From: an uncultured Planctomycetaceae bacterium
GTDB lineage: Bacteria > Planctomycetota > Planctomycetia > Isosphaerales > Isosphaeraceae
Direction of reading: 5' to 3'
DNA: 64,000 nucleotides
Assembly (NCBI GenBank): GCA_963833985.1
Contig: CAWIAD010000002.1
Coordinates: 864,001-928,000, forward strand
In this document: piece by piece, positions 61,864-64,000 of the stretch
How positions within the stretch are numbered: the stretch's first letter is position 1
How the letters are laid out: every line of letters starts with the position of its first letter
Translations under genes and position numbers: made by a program
Notes under the pieces: model-generated
Databases searched by the model: none
Told to the model about the DNA's origin: nothing
The model's input: only the letters and a program-made list of their open reading frames with translations

Positions 61864-64000
61864 GTGCAGGGGCAGAGTATCACGGAATGGCGCACTTCCG
61901 CGCTCGATGGAACGCGCCACTCGCCTGGACCATGGCTCATGGTTGCTCGCCGGAGCATCGTACCGGGTCCTTTCCCGGTCGCACTGCTGATTGTCGGTCT
62001 GCTGCTCTCCCCGCTCCTGGTCGGCATTGAACCGGTCGGTGGCGATCCCGACCTCATGTATCGGCCCATCAAGTTCGAGCTGGCGCAGCGCTTCGCCAGG
62101 GAAGACTGCCGATCTGGAGTGATCACTTCGGAACGGGCGTTCCACTCGCGGCAGAAAGCCACGTCGCTGCCTTTTACCCCCCGAACTGGATCTTCTACCG
62201 ACTGCTCGAACTCCACGCTGCGTACCGCCTGAGTGCCTATGTGCATTATCTCGCACTCACCGCGGCGACCTTTGCCTACGCGCAAGGGCTCGGACTGGCG
62301 CCCTGGGGATGCGCGCTGGCCGCGGTAGGATTCTCGCTCTGCGGGTTCCAGGCAGTCCACGCGGCCCATGAGCCCCTTTACACCCTGATGCCCTACCTGC
62401 CGCTGTGTCTCTGGCTCGGCGATCGCTACATCCGGACGGGGCGATATCGCTGGCTTGCCCTGACAGCTCTGGGGTGGGGCATGCAGCTCACGATCGGCCA
62501 TTTCCAGGTGCAGATGTGGACAGCAGCTCTGGTGCTTCTGACAGGCGGCTGGCTGGTGGTCAGTGGCCGCCTTCCCGCAGCCAGAATTCCCATGCTGGCG
62601 GCCGGACTGTCCTGGGGAGCGGCCATTGCCGGGGTCCAGCTTGGTCTCACCTGGCAGCTTACCCGGCTCACTGCGTTTTCCAGGCCCCAGGAGTTCCTCA
62701 CGAACTACGGCTTTCCGCTGGTGCACTGGGCGCAGTGGGCGTTGCCCTGGACGTTTCTCGTTCCACCACATTCGGGAGCCGGCAATCCCTACTGGGCAAA
62801 CCTGGTGACGAGCCCGGGTGAAGCCTGTGCCTATGGGGGAACGGCCGCCCTGCTCCTGAGCTGCCCAGGCTGGTTGGCCCTCCGCTGCGATGCGCGGCTT
62901 GCACCCTGGAAGTGGATTGCACTTCTGGGCTTCTTGCTGGCCACAATGCCGGGCTGGTGGCCCGCTGGCTACAGGTTGCTGTTACTGCTGCCGGTTGTAG
63001 GGTGGTTCCGCGCCCGGCGCGGTACACGCTGCTCTCCAGCCTGGGACTGGCCCTGCTGGCGGGGCGCGGCCTGGACCGGTCGCTCTCGCCCATGCGGTTC
63101 TGGGGCGGTCTGGCCGTGGCGGTGCTGATCGGGGTCAGTGCCTGGATCTGGTCCCTGTCCCTCGTTCGTGATCCCCTGTTCCGGACCGGAATGGAAGCAG
63201 GCACGCTGCCGCTCAGGCTTGGTACGGCGGCATTGTTCTGGGGGCTGAGCCTTGCGGCCGTCATCTGCTGGAGAGTCAAGCTGGTGGGGCCCTGGGCGCC
63301 GCTGCTTGTTCTTGCCATCGAGCTGGGTGGCCTGTTTTACCTGGGTCCTGTCGCCTGGGGCTGGTCGATCGGCCTTCCCGACACAAGCCCCGTGCTCCGG
63401 CAGCTTGGCAGCGATGCTGCCACAGGGCTGGTTGCCGGCCGGCTCCAGAACCTTCCCGTGCTCGCGGGCCGCTCTGCGGCGGTTCCAGCGCTGGGGATTG
63501 CACCGCCACCGCCGGGATTTTTGCTGGAATCCGCCCTCTTACCTCCAGGCCGCCTGCGAGCGGAGGACCGCCGCTGGCAAAACCGGCTGGGCATCACCGA
63601 CGGCATCTGGGCCGAGCCCGATGACGTCGCAGGCCTGCCGCCTGGAGCGGAAGTGTCCGACCCTGCTCTGGCCCGGCTCTTCCCGCGATCCACGGGGCAA
63701 GCTGCGGAGGGTCGGTGGAAGCAGGTGCATTATCCACCGCCCCTTCCTTTTGCCTGGGTGGCCCTGCGCGCGTTCGAGGTTGGCGGGTGGGAGCCCCTGT
63801 TCGCCACGCTCTCGCAGCATGATCAGCCTGGCGAGGCGTGGTTCGTTCATGGAGACGGCCCGCCTGAAGTCAAGAGCCGGCACGTACTGGCTGACTTCGT
63901 GACCGGGCAGCTCATGCCGCGTGCCGTACCCGTTGAGCTGGGTCGGTCAGCCAGCCGGGCCGAGGTGAAAGTGGTCGATGCCCGGACGATGGATGTCGAG
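61864..64000 (+). CDS. YfhO-like GT-C membrane protein, two frameshifts (~62088, ~63013), truncated at window end
   Basis: Reconstructed GGDPDLMYRP...GRLPIWSDHFGTGVPLAAESHVAAFYPPNW, GHFQ, WFRAPARY motifs across three frames. Confidence 0.75.

Overview
High-GC bacterial chromosome segment. Gene content (LEPR-XLL secreted protein, planctomycete-type LRR and zinc-ribbon proteins, GyrA HPHGD..YPT motif) points to Planctomycetota, probably Isosphaeraceae-like (inference). It appears to span the replication origin: a ~0.9 kb non-coding region with DnaA-box-like 9-mers sits upstream of dnaN-dciA-gyrB-SNF2, with no dnaA or recF in the window, and gyrA lies ~20 kb away on the other strand. Other content: an acyltransferase/glycosyltransferase cluster, TolC, carB, a complete ISKra4-like IS (19-bp IRs, 9-bp TSD, split transposase), emrAB, sdaA, a carbohydrate-type locus (GtaA-like, MFS, aldose epimerase), tandem retropepsin-PDZ proteases, Fpg, a 1706-aa GH2-like protein, rfbB/rmd-like genes, cynS, rhaB, an iscS-larE-zinc-ribbon unit and a YfhO-like GT-C gene. 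Five indels break carB, the MFS gene, gyrA and the YfhO-like gene (twice), and all five lie at GGCGC/GCGCC. They are most likely sequencing errors, possibly methylation-related. No rRNA, tRNA or CRISPR array was recognised. No new system is proven; the best candidates are the paired DTG/DLG protease unit, the iscS-larE unit without larABC, the 58-aa repeat protein and the dnaA-less origin.
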